Below, one piece after another: positions 41,221 to 53,779 of a stretch of DNA of 64,000 nt (positions are counted from its first letter, which is position 1; the number at the start of each line of letters is the position of its first letter). The translations under genes and the position numbers were made by a program. Below the pieces are notes generated by a model, which saw nothing but the letters and a program-made list of their open reading frames with translations, searched no databases and was not told the DNA's origin. This stretch comes from Pecten maximus (Eukaryota), in contig NC_047015.1 in the NCBI RefSeq assembly GCF_902652985.1, forward strand, positions 16,368,001-16,432,000, in the 5' to 3' direction.

Positions 41221-43755
41221 ATTGTATAGAGTTCTATACTCTCATTATATAGAGTCCTATACTCTCATTATATAGAGTTCTATACTCTCATTGTATAGAG
41301 TCCTATACTCTCATTGTATAGAGTCCTATACTCTCATTGTATAGTCCTATACTCTCATTATATAGAGTCCTATACTCTCATTATATAGAGTCCTATACTC
41401 TCATTGTATAGAGTCCTATACTCTCATTATATAGAGTCCTATACTCTCATTATATAGAGTCCTATACTCTCATTATATAGAGTCCTATACTCTCATTATA
41501 TAGAGTTCTATACTCTCATTGTATAGAGTCCTATATTCTCATTATATAGAGTCCTATACTCTCATTATATAGAGTCCTATACTCTCATTATATAGAGTCC
41601 TATACTCTCATTATATAGAGTTCTATACTCTCATTGTATAGAGTCCTATACTCTCATTATATAGAGTTCTATACTCTCATTGTATAGAGTCCTATACTCT
41701 CATTGTATAGAGTCCTATACTCTCATTGTATAGAGTTCTATACTCTCATTATATAGAGTCCTATACTCTCATTATATAGAGTCCTATACTCTCATTATAT
41801 AGAGTCCTATACTCTCATTGTATAGAGTCCTATACTCTCATTGTATAGAGTCCTATACTCTCATTGTATAGAGTCCTATACTCTCGTTATATAGAGTCCT
41901 ACATGTATACTCTCATTGTATAGAGTCCTATACTCTCATTATATAGAGTTCTATACTCTCATTGTATAGAGTCCTATACTCTCATTGTATAGAGTCCTAT
42001 ACTCTCATTGTATAGTCCTATACTCTCATTATATAGAGTCCTATACTCTCATTGTATAGAGTCCTATACTCTCATTATATAGAGTCCTATACTCTCATTG
42101 TATAGAGTCCTATACTCTCATTGTATATAGTCCTATACTCTCATTGTATAGAGTCCTATACTCTCATTGTATAGAGTCCTATACTCTCATTATATAGAGT
42201 CCTATACTCTCATTGTATAGAGTCCTATACTCTCATTATATAGAGTCCTATACTCTCATTGTATAGAGTCCTATACTCTCATTGTATAGAGTCCTATACT
42301 CTCATTATATAGAGTTCTATACTCTCATTGTATAGAGTCCTATACTCTCATTGTATAGAGTCCTATACTCTCATTGTATAGTCCTATACTCTCATTATAT
42401 AGAGTCCTATACTCTCATTGTATAGAGTCCTATACTCTCATTATATAGAGTCCTATACTCTCATTGTATAGAGTCCTATACTCTCATTGTATATAGTCCT
42501 ATACTCTCATTGTATATAGTCCTATACTCTCATTGTATAGAGTCCTATACTCTCATTATATAGAGTCCTATACTCTCATTGTATAGAGTCCTATACTCTC
42601 ATTGTATATAGTCCTATACTCTCATTGTATAGAGTCCTATACTCTCATTGTATAGAGTCCTATACTCTCATTGTATATAGTCCTATACTCTCATTGTATA
42701 GAGTCCTATACTCTCATTGTATAGAGTCCTATATTCTCATTGTATAGAGTCCTATACTCTCATTGTATAGAGTCCTATACTCTCATTGTATAGAGTCGTA
42801 TACTCTCATTGTATAGAGTCCTATACTCTCATTGTATAGAGTCCTATACTCTCATTGTATAGAGTCCTATACTCTCATTGTATAGAGTCCTATACTCTCA
42901 TTGTATAGAGTCCTATACTCTCATTGTATAGAGTCCTATACTCTCATTGTATAGAGTCCTATACTCTCATTCTATAGAGTCCTATACTCTCATTGTATAT
43001 AGTCCTATCCTCTCATTCTATAGAGTCCTATACTCTCATTGTATATAGTCCTATACTCTCATTGTATAGAGTCCTATATTCTCATTATATAGAGTCCTAT
43101 ACTCTCATTGTATAGAGTCCTATACTCTCATTATATAGAGTCCTATACTCTCATTATATAGAGTTCTATACTCTCATTGTATAGAGTCCTATACTCTCAT
43201 TGTATAGAGTCCTATACTCTCATTGTATAGAGTCCTATACTCTCATTGTATAGAGTCCTATACTCTCATTGTATATAGTCCTATACTCTCATTGTATAGA
43301 GTCCTATACTCTCATTATATAGAGTCCTATATTCTCATTGTATATAGTCCTATACTCTCATTGTATAGAGTCCTATACTCTCATTGTATATAGTCCTATC
43401 CTCTCATTATATAGAGTCCTATACTCTCATTGTATAGAGTCCTATACTCTCATTGTATAGAGTCCTATACTCTCATTATATAGCGTCCTATACTCTCATT
43501 GTATAGAGTCCGATACTCTCATTGTATAGAGTCCTATACTCTCATTATATAGAGTCCTATACTCTCATTGTATAGAGTCCTATACTCTCATTGTATAGAG
43601 TCCTATACTCTCATTGTATAGAGTCCTATATTCTCATTGTATAGAGTCATATACTCTCATTATATAGAGTCCTATACTCTCATTGTATAGAGTCCTATAC
43701 TCTCATTATATAGAGTCCTATACTCTCATTGTATATAGTCCTATACTCTCATTAT
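41221..43755. repeat. Tandem array, 23-bp unit (ATTRTATAGAGTCCTATACTCTC), ~110 copies
   Basis: Direct periodicity; internal inverted repeat GTATAG…CTATAC. Confidence 0.95.
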
Positions 43756-44843
43756 CTCCCATCAAACATATTTTTTTTAAAGATCGCACGATAACATCCT
43801 ACCAGTTAACCAATACATTAAGCATGCACTGGTTGTAACATAATATTCAATTAAAACCTGACAAAAACCTCTGCGTCACTACCGTATCAAAAGTGGGTTT
43901 TAAAATGTATATTTATTATAAGTACCTGTTTCATTGCCTGTATAAACTATATCCGTATACTATCTATGTATAGAATCACTATCCGTTTGTCTTTGAACCC
44001 TTTATACATATCTACTTGAAGCATTGTACCAGATCGTTCAATGGGATTTCTAACATACTAGGAAACTTAAGGCCTGAGGATATTTTCTTCTTTTTTTTTA
44101 ACTGATTGTCGATTTTAAATCTGAGACATTGTATATACTGACAATAGAGTTGGTCACATCAACATGTTTTCATTACAGTAACTGACTGACATGAAGGATA
44201 CTTCGGTATTTAGATTAATCAATGAAAACTTTGAAACAGTATTTAGCCCACCAATACCTGATGCCCGTAATAGAAGGGTTGCAGAAACAATCACTTGTAC
44301 ACCTGCTATTATAGACTAATATTTTAGTGACTTATACCGGACGTTTAATTCAAACAAACCATAGCGGAACAGTTGTATCTCATTTGATTTAAAAGGTGTT
44401 CCTATTAATAAATGCATTTTGTTCGTGAAATGTATAGAACCATATTTACAATATATTGGGGATTGGGCGAAGTTTTGATAGAATGGAGGGGACGAAATAC
44501 CGTCATTTATCGGGGCACGACGATAGCACGCCTCATAGGCTACCTATAAATAGGCTGAAATAGGTTAAAAAGCTGGTACACGATGTTTTCATTATTACAA
44601 CATTTATATATTCTGTTTTACCCGTGAAGAACCTCACTCAATCGGTAATGTCTACGTGTTTCCTACATGTCAGGAGGACCATACGCCCATTGTCAAGTGA
44701 TTGATCATACTGTACAAGAAATCAATAACAAACATATGTACCTATAAGAAGATTTATACCCGGCTCGGAACAGGATTGGCCCGTGAAATTCCACCCAGAC
44801 AAATGCCCTCAATGTACACAGATCAAGCACCAATATCTATAGC

Positions 44844-44970
44844 AAATACCTTGGACTTAGAGTACAAATGGAACAAATACCTTGGACTTAGAGTACAAAT
44901 GGAACAAATACCTTGGACTTAGAGTACAAATGGAACAAATACCTTGGACTTAGAGTACAAATGGAACAAA
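44844..44970. repeat. 4 copies of a 31-bp unit (AAATACCTTGGACTTAGAGTACAAATGGAAC)
   Basis: Perfect repeats. Confidence 0.9.
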
Positions 44971-45158
44971 AACATCACCTACAGTAACGCTCTAGGTGAA
45001 ATTCAATCTAAAAATGAATTAACTGTGCATCGAAGACCATGCTTATAAAAACATCGTCAGTCAAAATAAGATGGAATCTTCGATCTGGGATCCAGGCCAA
45101 GCGAAAAAATAGTAACAAAACAGAAACGTTCAAAGAAGATCAGCACAATATACAAAAA

Positions 45159-45390
45159 CAGATATCACAATATTTGTTAGATATCACAATATTTGTCAGA
45201 TATCACAATATTTGTTAGATGTCACAATATTTGTTAGATATCACAATATTTGTTAGATATCACAATATTTGTTAGATATCATATTTGTCAGATATCACAC
45301 TATTTTTAAGATATCATAATATTTGTTAGAAATCATAATATTTTTTAGATATCATAATATTTGCTAGATATCACAATATTTGTTAGGTAT
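45159..45390. repeat. 19-bp tandem repeat (AGATATCACAATATTTGTT)
   Basis: About 12 degenerate copies. Confidence 0.88.
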
Positions 45391-47455
45391 TATTATATTT
45401 GCTCAGTGGCAGACACCCTATACTGGCCAATCTTTCACACACGCAAAATACGACCTCGGTTCATATTTTACACCAATATGTAACTGTAAACTTAGAGGAC
45501 GGCATGGACCTCAGGTTACACCTTTCCTCCTACACGAGAAAACACTATCACACATTACCTAATCCCCTTAATTATAATATCCATTTTAACAATAGGGCTA
45601 GATCCTAGAGAAGAATAAAAAATGGTTATAATGTTATGTTCCATCTAGTGTGACGAACTTGTAGAAGTTAATACTCGAGTATGAATCTTGTTGAACATCA
45701 TGTAGAATTGTCGGCCGTACACATTTATTGTAGATCCAATATTACTGTACGTACCTGGACAGGGGTGACAAGTTGTTTATAAGCCGACCTAAATGTCACA
45801 ACATCCATTTTCACAGTTAGAATGTGTAGTATTTCCTCTGATGTACACAGTGTATATTGTTTTAGAGGAGCTCGTCTGTTATTGTAATCCTAAAGCGAAC
45901 ACATTTATATAGTGGTAGTGTTAATGAACGTATGTCGGTAAACAGGTTTATACAGATTTACTTTCTGAAAGTTTCCACTTGTATTCTCGTCATAAATACA
46001 TTTTAACCTGGAAGTCAGTAACGAGGTACTAATACTATATACCTTCATTTGTTTTATTTTGAAATGTGCAGTCGTTAAAGGTGCATGAAGTTGCTAAACA
46101 ATACTAACATACAAACAATACCAACATCAATAAAATGCGGAATAATTATTACTTCATAAGTATTTTCTGACCAACAACAAAATATTGATTATTACATTGC
46201 ATGAGTTGTGTGGGGAAGTTTTAGGATTAAGAATAGGTTCCGAGTGGCAGACCCTTGTCTGCTTAGTTGTAGAATGTTTCCCTTTAACAGTGGCAAGCAT
46301 TAGACCGTTAAAACCCTTTCCACAATCAAAGCTTAAACCTGCTAATCCCACAGATTATTACAGCTGCCTCATAAGACGTCTAATTTTCGTAGTTCATTAA
46401 AGTAAGAAAAGAATAATAATCAACTGCAGAATCCAAATCAATATTAAAAGATTGCGTATAAAGTTATAATTTGGAAAAGATAATAACAGTTCTATTTGGC
46501 ATGTTAAGTTTCAAAAATCTAATTTTGTAGAATGAAGGCATCGGCCTATGAAGTGAGAATCACCCTAAATAATAGCCACGTGGAACAATCAGTATTTCAA
46601 GAAAATGATGCGGATACATATATAAAGTATCAAAGAATAACAGCTGTAGCTACACATATCTAAATCTCGCCTTTCCAATTTAGGTGTACAATCTATCTTA
46701 GAACGACACAACTCCAATTAAATATAGGATCGTAAATGAGTCTCCATTTCATATCAGATTTCATGAAACAAGCCTTGACGCGCTGTCATCGTCCATTTTA
46801 TATTTACATCTCTCCCTTCTTCAGCTAAGTTAACTCTGATTACGTTAACATTAACGTAAAGCAGTGAAAAAAGGCTCAACGGATTAATAAGCGCGGGAAT
46901 CGTAACATAATCATGACGTCGTCTGTTTGTGACGTTACCGAAACAGTCGACTATAGACTGCGCCATTTTCAAAGGACTGATCTACGCAATTTTAGCGTTT
47001 TCTCCTGTTATCCGATGATCTCTGTACAAAAATCTTATGTCAAGTGAGTTTTGTCAAAAACTTAACTGAAGATTGCGAAAATGAGTGAATAGTTAACATC
47101 TCCATAGGTTAAGCTAACAACAAATGGCTGAAGCGTGCAGTACCTATAGAATATCAACTCTGACTTTGTCAAAATGTCCATGTCGTTATGCATACTGCGT
47201 AAATCCAAATATTTCGTTAAATCTTCGGTAACAGGACTTTCACAACAATCCAAATACACCGCTTCGTCAACATACAGATCGAACTCTCACGATTATGGGC
47301 GTGGCCAAATGTCCGACATTGAAAACTTCTTTCTGATTGGTCAGTCCGGTAAAGTATGACACGTCACTAGCGGAGGTCCGAGAGTACTTAACAGCGTAAT
47401 TGTAGCGATGTAAAACAATGTTTGTACGTATATTTAACAGTAAACGTGTTAGAAT

Positions 47456-47644
47456 GGGGATAGTACGTTGTTTTGAGTGGCTATACTGGCGATTAGAACA
47501 TGAAATTTGGTTTAAACTCTCGACCTATCGGTCTCGAGTTCAAACCAAATTTTATGTTCTAATCGCCAGTATAGCGACTCGAGTTCAAACCAAATTTCAT
47601 GTTCTAATCGCCAGTATAGCCACTCAAAACAACGTACTATCCCC
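47456..47644. mobile_element. Long palindromic (foldback) element with a ~45-bp tandem duplication in the right arm
   Basis: GGGGATAGTACGTTGTTTTGAGTGGCTATACTGGCGATTAGAACATGAAATTTGGTTT… is mirrored by …AAACCAAATTTCATGTTCTAATCGCCAGTATAGCCACTCAAAACAACGTACTATCCCC; apex GACC-TATC-GGTC. Confidence 0.8.
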
Positions 47645-47918
47645 TAAATCGACGACGTCACTACTAAATTTGTGTCAATACCAGCTGTGCTTGACAACCA
47701 GTTATTGCGAAACGGAAATTATGGATTGTGAATATATTAATGAATTGAAAACTTAAAATGTAAGCTTATCAAACGAAAATGTTGATTTGTTTCTTTTAAT
47801 TTTGTAAACAATTCTGGTGTTTTTACGTAGATTCATTGGAACTATATTATCTTAGCAACCAGGACTGTCGTAGTTAACAACTTCGCAACACATCACTACT
47901 TTTATTTTCTTCATACGG

Positions 47919-48472
47919 TATATATGCATTGAACAGTGTTTTTATTGAGTTTACGGTGAAATGAACGCAATGGGATACAGATATTTAGAGAATACATGGT
48001 CAGTGTCTTAAAATATAAGCTGTATTTTGGCGAGGGTAAAGAAAGACAAAAGTGGCGAGCCTTGGCGAGCCACTTTTGTCTTTCTGTCCCGAGCCAAAAA
48101 TACAGCTTATATTTTAAGACACTGACCATGTATTCTATTTATCCTGCAACATACATCAAAATAATCATCAAAAATAATTATTTTGAAGTGAATCGGTGTC
48201 AAAAATGACAGAAATATATTCGCCTTTTAAACGTAGTTTCACTTTGAATTAGGTCAGTCGAACTGACGCACGTGCTAAGATTCCAAAATACAGCTGTTTT
48301 CCGTCACTGCCGTATACAGCAAAAATATATACGGTGGGTGTATTCCGACAATGCGGTGGCAGTTGCAGGGTAAATTCAATATACAGTATAGCGCTAAAAG
48401 CGCTATATAGAATATGTCTGTATCCCATTGCGTTCATGCCACCGTAATAAAAACACCGTTCAATCCCTATAT
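47919..48472. mobile_element. Nested inverted-repeat element: outer ~65-bp inverted repeats enclosing a 148-bp palindrome (47989-48136)
   Basis: Outer TTGAACAGTGTTTTTATT…ATGAACGCAATGGGATACAGA / TCTGTATCCCATTGCGTTCAT…AATAAAAACACCGTTCAA; inner AGAATACATGGTCAGTGTCTTAAAATATAAGCTGTATTTT…AAAATACAGCTTATATTTTAAGACACTGACCATGTATTCT. Confidence 0.8.
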
Positions 48473-48556
48473 GACGTCACAATCGATTTCTGACTACCGA
48501 TAAAAAAGGCTCCGGGGTATATATCAATCAACCTGTCTTTACTGTAAATTAACCTG

Positions 48557-49445
48557 GGAGTATCACGACATATTTATTGAACTCTGTAGACTATAATATG
48601 TACCGGAAGTATCACGACATATTTATCAAACACTGCAGACTATAATATGAACCGAGAGTATCACGACATGTTTATCAAACTGTGTAGACTTTAATATCAA
48701 CCGAGAGTATCACGACATATTTATTAAATTCTAGAGACTTTAATATCAACCGAGAGTATCACGACATATTTATTAAATTCTAGAGACTTTAATATCAACC
48801 GAGAGTATCACGACATATTTATCAAACTGTGTAGACTTTGATATGAACCGAGAGTATCACGACATATTTATCATAATGTGTAGACTTTAATATCAACCGG
48901 GAGTATCACGTCATATTTATCAAACACTGCAGACTATAATATGTACCAGGAGTATCACGACATGTTTATCAAACTGTGTAGACTTTAATATCAACCGAGA
49001 GTATCACGACATATTTATTAAATTCTAGAGACTTTAATATCAACCGAGAGTATCACGACATATTTATCAAACTGTGTAGACTTTAATATCAACCGAGAGT
49101 ATCACGACATATTTATTAAATTCTAGAGACTTTAATATGAACCGAGAGTATCACGACATATTTATTAAATTCTAGAGACTTTAATATCAACCGAAAGTAT
49201 CACGACATATTTATCAAACTGTGTAGACTTTAATATCAACCGAGAGTATCACGACATATTTATCAAAATGTGTAGACTTTAATATGAACCGAGAGTATCA
49301 CGACATATTTATCAAACACTGCAGACTATAATATGTACCGGGAGTATCACGACATGTTTATCAAATTATAGAGACTTTAATATGAACCGAGAGTATCACG
49401 ACATATTTATCAAACTCTTTAGACTTTAATATGAACCGGAAGTGT
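48557..49445. repeat. Tandem array, 49-bp unit (GAGTATCACGACATATTTATCAAACTGTGTAGACTTTAATATCAACCGA), ~18 copies with a variable middle
   Basis: Direct periodicity. Confidence 0.92.
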
Positions 49446-49563
49446 CATGACATTACGATAGCTAGTTCTTGTTGCCGGACTTCTTTACTGACAAAGATAC
49501 TAGGGACATGTAACCCAGAGAAAGGAAAATGTCAGCATTTCTTAATCAGTTTTCATCATCAAA

Positions 49564-52352
49564 ACGACATGGTGATGGTGACATACCAATGGTTCAGTAA
49601 TACGACATGGTGACATATCGATGGTCCAGTAACATGAAATGGTGACATATCAATGGTCCAGTAATACGACATGGTGACATATCGATGGCCCAGTAATACG
49701 ACATGGTGACATATCAATGGTCCAATAATACGACATGGTGACATATCGATGGTCCAGTAATACTACATGGTGACATATCGATGGTCCAGTAATACGATAT
49801 GGTGACATATCGATGGTCCAGTAACACGACATGGTGACATATCGATGGTCCAGTAACACGACATGGTGACATATCGATGGTCCAGTAATACGACATGGTG
49901 ACAAATCGATGGTTCAGTAATAGGACATGTTGACATATCGAAGGTTCAGTAATACGACATGGTGACATATCGATGATCAGTTACATGACATTGTGACATA
50001 TCGATGGTACAGTAATACGACATGGTGACATATCGATGATCCAGTTACATGACATGGTGACATATCGATGGTCCAATAATACGACATAGTGACATATCGA
50101 TGGTTCAGTAATACGACATGGTGACATAGCGATGGTCCAGTAACCTGACATGGTGACATATCGATGGTCCAGTAATACGACATGGTGACATATCGATGGT
50201 CCAGTAATACGACATGGTGACATATCGATGGTCCAGTAACATGACATGGTGACATATCGATGGTCCAGTAATACGACATGGTGACATATCGATGGTCCAG
50301 TAATACGACATGGTGACATATCGATGGTCCAGTAATACGACATAGTGACATATCGATGGTCCAGTAATACGACATGGTGACATATCGATGGTCCAGTAAT
50401 ACGACATGGTGACATATCGATGGTCCAGTAATACGACATGGTGACATATCGATGGTCCAGTAATACGACATGGTGACATATCGATGGTTCAGTAATACGA
50501 CATGGTGACATATCGATGGTCCAGTAACCTGACATTGTGACATATCGATGGTCCAGTAACCTGACATTGTGACATATCGATGGTCCAGTAATACGACATG
50601 GTGACATATCGATGGTCCAGTTACATGACATTGTGACATATCGATGGTCCAGTAATACGACATGGTGACATATCGATGATCCAGTTACATGACATGGTGA
50701 CATATCGATGGTCCAGTAATACGACATGGTGACATATCGATGATCCAGTTACATGACATGGTGACATATCGATGGTCCAATAATACGACATGGTGACATA
50801 TCGATGGTCCAGTAACCTGACATTGTGACATATCGATGGTCCAGTAATACGACATGGTGACATATCGATGGTCCAGTAATACGACATGGTGACATATCGA
50901 TGGTCCAGTAATACGACATGGTGACATATCGATGGTCCAGTAATACGACATGGTGACATATCGATGGTCCAGTAATACGACATGGTGACATATCGATGGC
51001 CCAGTAATACGACATTGTGACATATCGATGGTCCAGTAACATGACATGGTGACATATCGATGGTCCAGTAATACGACATGGTGACATATCGATGGTCCAG
51101 TAATACGACATGGTGACATATCGATGGTCCAGTAATACGACATGGTGACATATCGATGGTCCAGTAATACGACATGGTGACATATCGATGGTCCAGTAAT
51201 ACGACATGGTGACATATCGATGGTCCAGTAATACGACATGGTGACATATCGATGGTCCAGTAATACGACATGGTGACATATCGATGGTCCAGTAATACGA
51301 CATAGTGACATATCGATGGTCCAGTAATACGACATGGTGACATATCGATGGCCCAGTAATACGACATAGTGACATATCGATGGCCCAGTAATACGACATG
51401 GTGACATATCGATGGCCCAGTAATACGACACGGTGACATATCGATGGTCCAGTAATACGACATGGTGACATATCGACGGTTCAGTAATACGACATGGTGA
51501 CATATCGATGGTCCAGTAATACGACATGGTGACATATCGATGATCCAGTTACATGACATGGTGACATATCGATGGTACAGTAATACGACACGGTGACATA
51601 TCGATGATCCAGTTACATGACATGGTGACATATCGATGGTCCAGTAATACGACATGGTGACATATCGATGGTTCAGTAATACGACATGTGACATATCAAT
51701 GGACCAGTAATACGACATGGTGACATATCGATGGTCCAGTAATACGACATGGTGACATATCGATGGTCCAGTAATACGACATGGTGACATATCGATGGTC
51801 CAGTAACACGACACGGTGACATATCGATGGTCCAGTAATACGACATGGTGACATATCGATGGTCCAGTAATACGACATGGTGACATATCGATGGTACAGT
51901 AATACGACATGGTGACATATCGATGGTTCAGTAATACGACATGGTGACATATCGATGGCCCAGTAATACGACATGGTGACATATCGATGGCCCAGTAATA
52001 CGACATGGTGACATATCGATGGCCCAGTAATACGACACGGTGACATATCGATGGTCCAGCAATACGACATGGTGACATATCAATGGTCCAATAATACGAC
52101 ATGGAGACATATCGATGGTCCAATAATACGACATGGAGACATATCGATGGTCCAGTAATACGACATGGTGACATATCGATGGTCCAGTATAATACGACAT
52201 GGTGACATATTGATGGTCCAATAATACGACATGGTGACATATCGATGGTCCAGTATAATACGACATGGTGACATATCGATGGTCCAATAATACGACATGG
52301 TGACATATCGATGGTACAGTAACCTGACATTGTGACATATCGATGATCCAGT
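49564..52352. repeat. Tandem array, 32-bp unit (GACATGGTGACATATCGATGGTCCAGTAATAC), ~87 copies
   Basis: Direct periodicity; source of the many minus-strand ORFs. Confidence 0.95.
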
Positions 52353-52883
52353 AGATACCGGCTGTATTTCAGGATAGTTAATCCAAACATTGTTCTGTAG
52401 TTAATTCTCGGCCATTTATTGTACATCCGACGCTGACCCTTTACGGTGACAGAAAAATAGGATTACGAATGTCCGGTACAATGAATGTATAACGTCACGT
52501 AGCCGACACTTTAATCCGTTGAACCGGCGTTCTCCTGTCTTGCCTAGAAACTATGTAGGAGACTAAAGTGATCTGAAGAGGCAATGACGGTATCCACTCT
52601 TTACTAGCACTATAACAAGGCACGAGTAACACATGCTTCACAATATTAATGTTTATATTCAGCTTTGTCGCGAGAAGGTACGAGAGTTTGCGATATATTG
52701 CAATGAAAAACCCTTACTAACATCCATGTAGAATAAGCAAAGAATATCATCATGCAAACGAAAGGTTAATTATAATTAAAAACAATAAAATGAGGGCAAA
52801 CACGAGCAAAATATAGATTTGCACGAGGACATGATGTTAAGACCAGGTGATCCGGTAAAGAAAGCGTCTTCTGATTCACTGAT

Positions 52884-53778
52884 GACATCAGCCATACAAA
52901 TCTAGGTCACGACGACACCAGCCATACAAATCTAGGTCACGACGACACCCTCCATACAAATCTAGGTCATAAGGACAACTGCCATACAAATCTAGGTCAC
53001 GACGACACCAGCCATACAAATCTAGGTCACGACGACACCAGCCATACAAATCTAAGTCATGACCACACCAGCCATACAAATCTAGGTCATGAGGACAACT
53101 GCCATACAAATCTAGGTCACGACGACACCCTCCATACAAATCTAAGTCATGACGACATCAGACATACAAATCTAGGTCACGACGACACCATCCATACAAA
53201 TCTAGGTCACGACGACACCAGCCATACAAATCTAGGTCACGACGACACCAGCCATACAAATCTAGGTCACGACGACACCCTCCATACAAATCTAGGTCAT
53301 AAGGACAACTGCCATACAAATCTAGGTCACGACGACACCAGCCATACAAATCTAGGTCACGACGACACCAGCCATACAAATCTAAGTCATGACCACACCA
53401 GCCATACAAATCTAGGTCATGAGGACAACTGCCATACAAATCTAGGTCACGACGACACCCTCCATACAAATCTAAGTCATGACGACATCAGACATACAAA
53501 TCTAGGTCACGACGACACCATCCATACAAATCTAGGTCACGACGACACCAGCCATACAAATCTAGGTCACGACGACACCAGCCATACAAATCTAGGTCAC
53601 GACGACACCTGCCATACAAATCTAGGTCACGACGACACCAGCCATACAAATCTAGGTCACAACGACGCCTGCCATACCAATCTAGGTCACGACGACACCT
53701 GCCATACAAATCTAGGTCACCACGACACCATCCATACAAATCTAGGTCACCATGACACAAGCCATACAAATCTAGGTC
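52884..53778. repeat. Tandem array, 30-bp unit (GCCATACAAATCTAGGTCACGACGACACCA), ~30 copies with 270/330-bp block repeats
   Basis: Direct periodicity; lies just 3' of the Penelope-like RT relic. Confidence 0.93.
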
Positions 53779-53779
53779 A

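Noticed and set aside
47911-48208. Two similar ORFs on opposite strands (MVSVLKYKLYF…)
   Set aside because: They result from the DNA palindrome and are not genes
48557-49445. CRISPR-like appearance (constant part plus variable middle)
   Set aside because: The variable parts are recurring point variants of one sequence rather than unique spacers; there are no cas genes and the context is eukaryotic
49559-52426. Many minus-strand ORFs up to 601 aa
   Set aside because: The 32-bp unit is not a multiple of 3 and cycles through the same peptide in all frames
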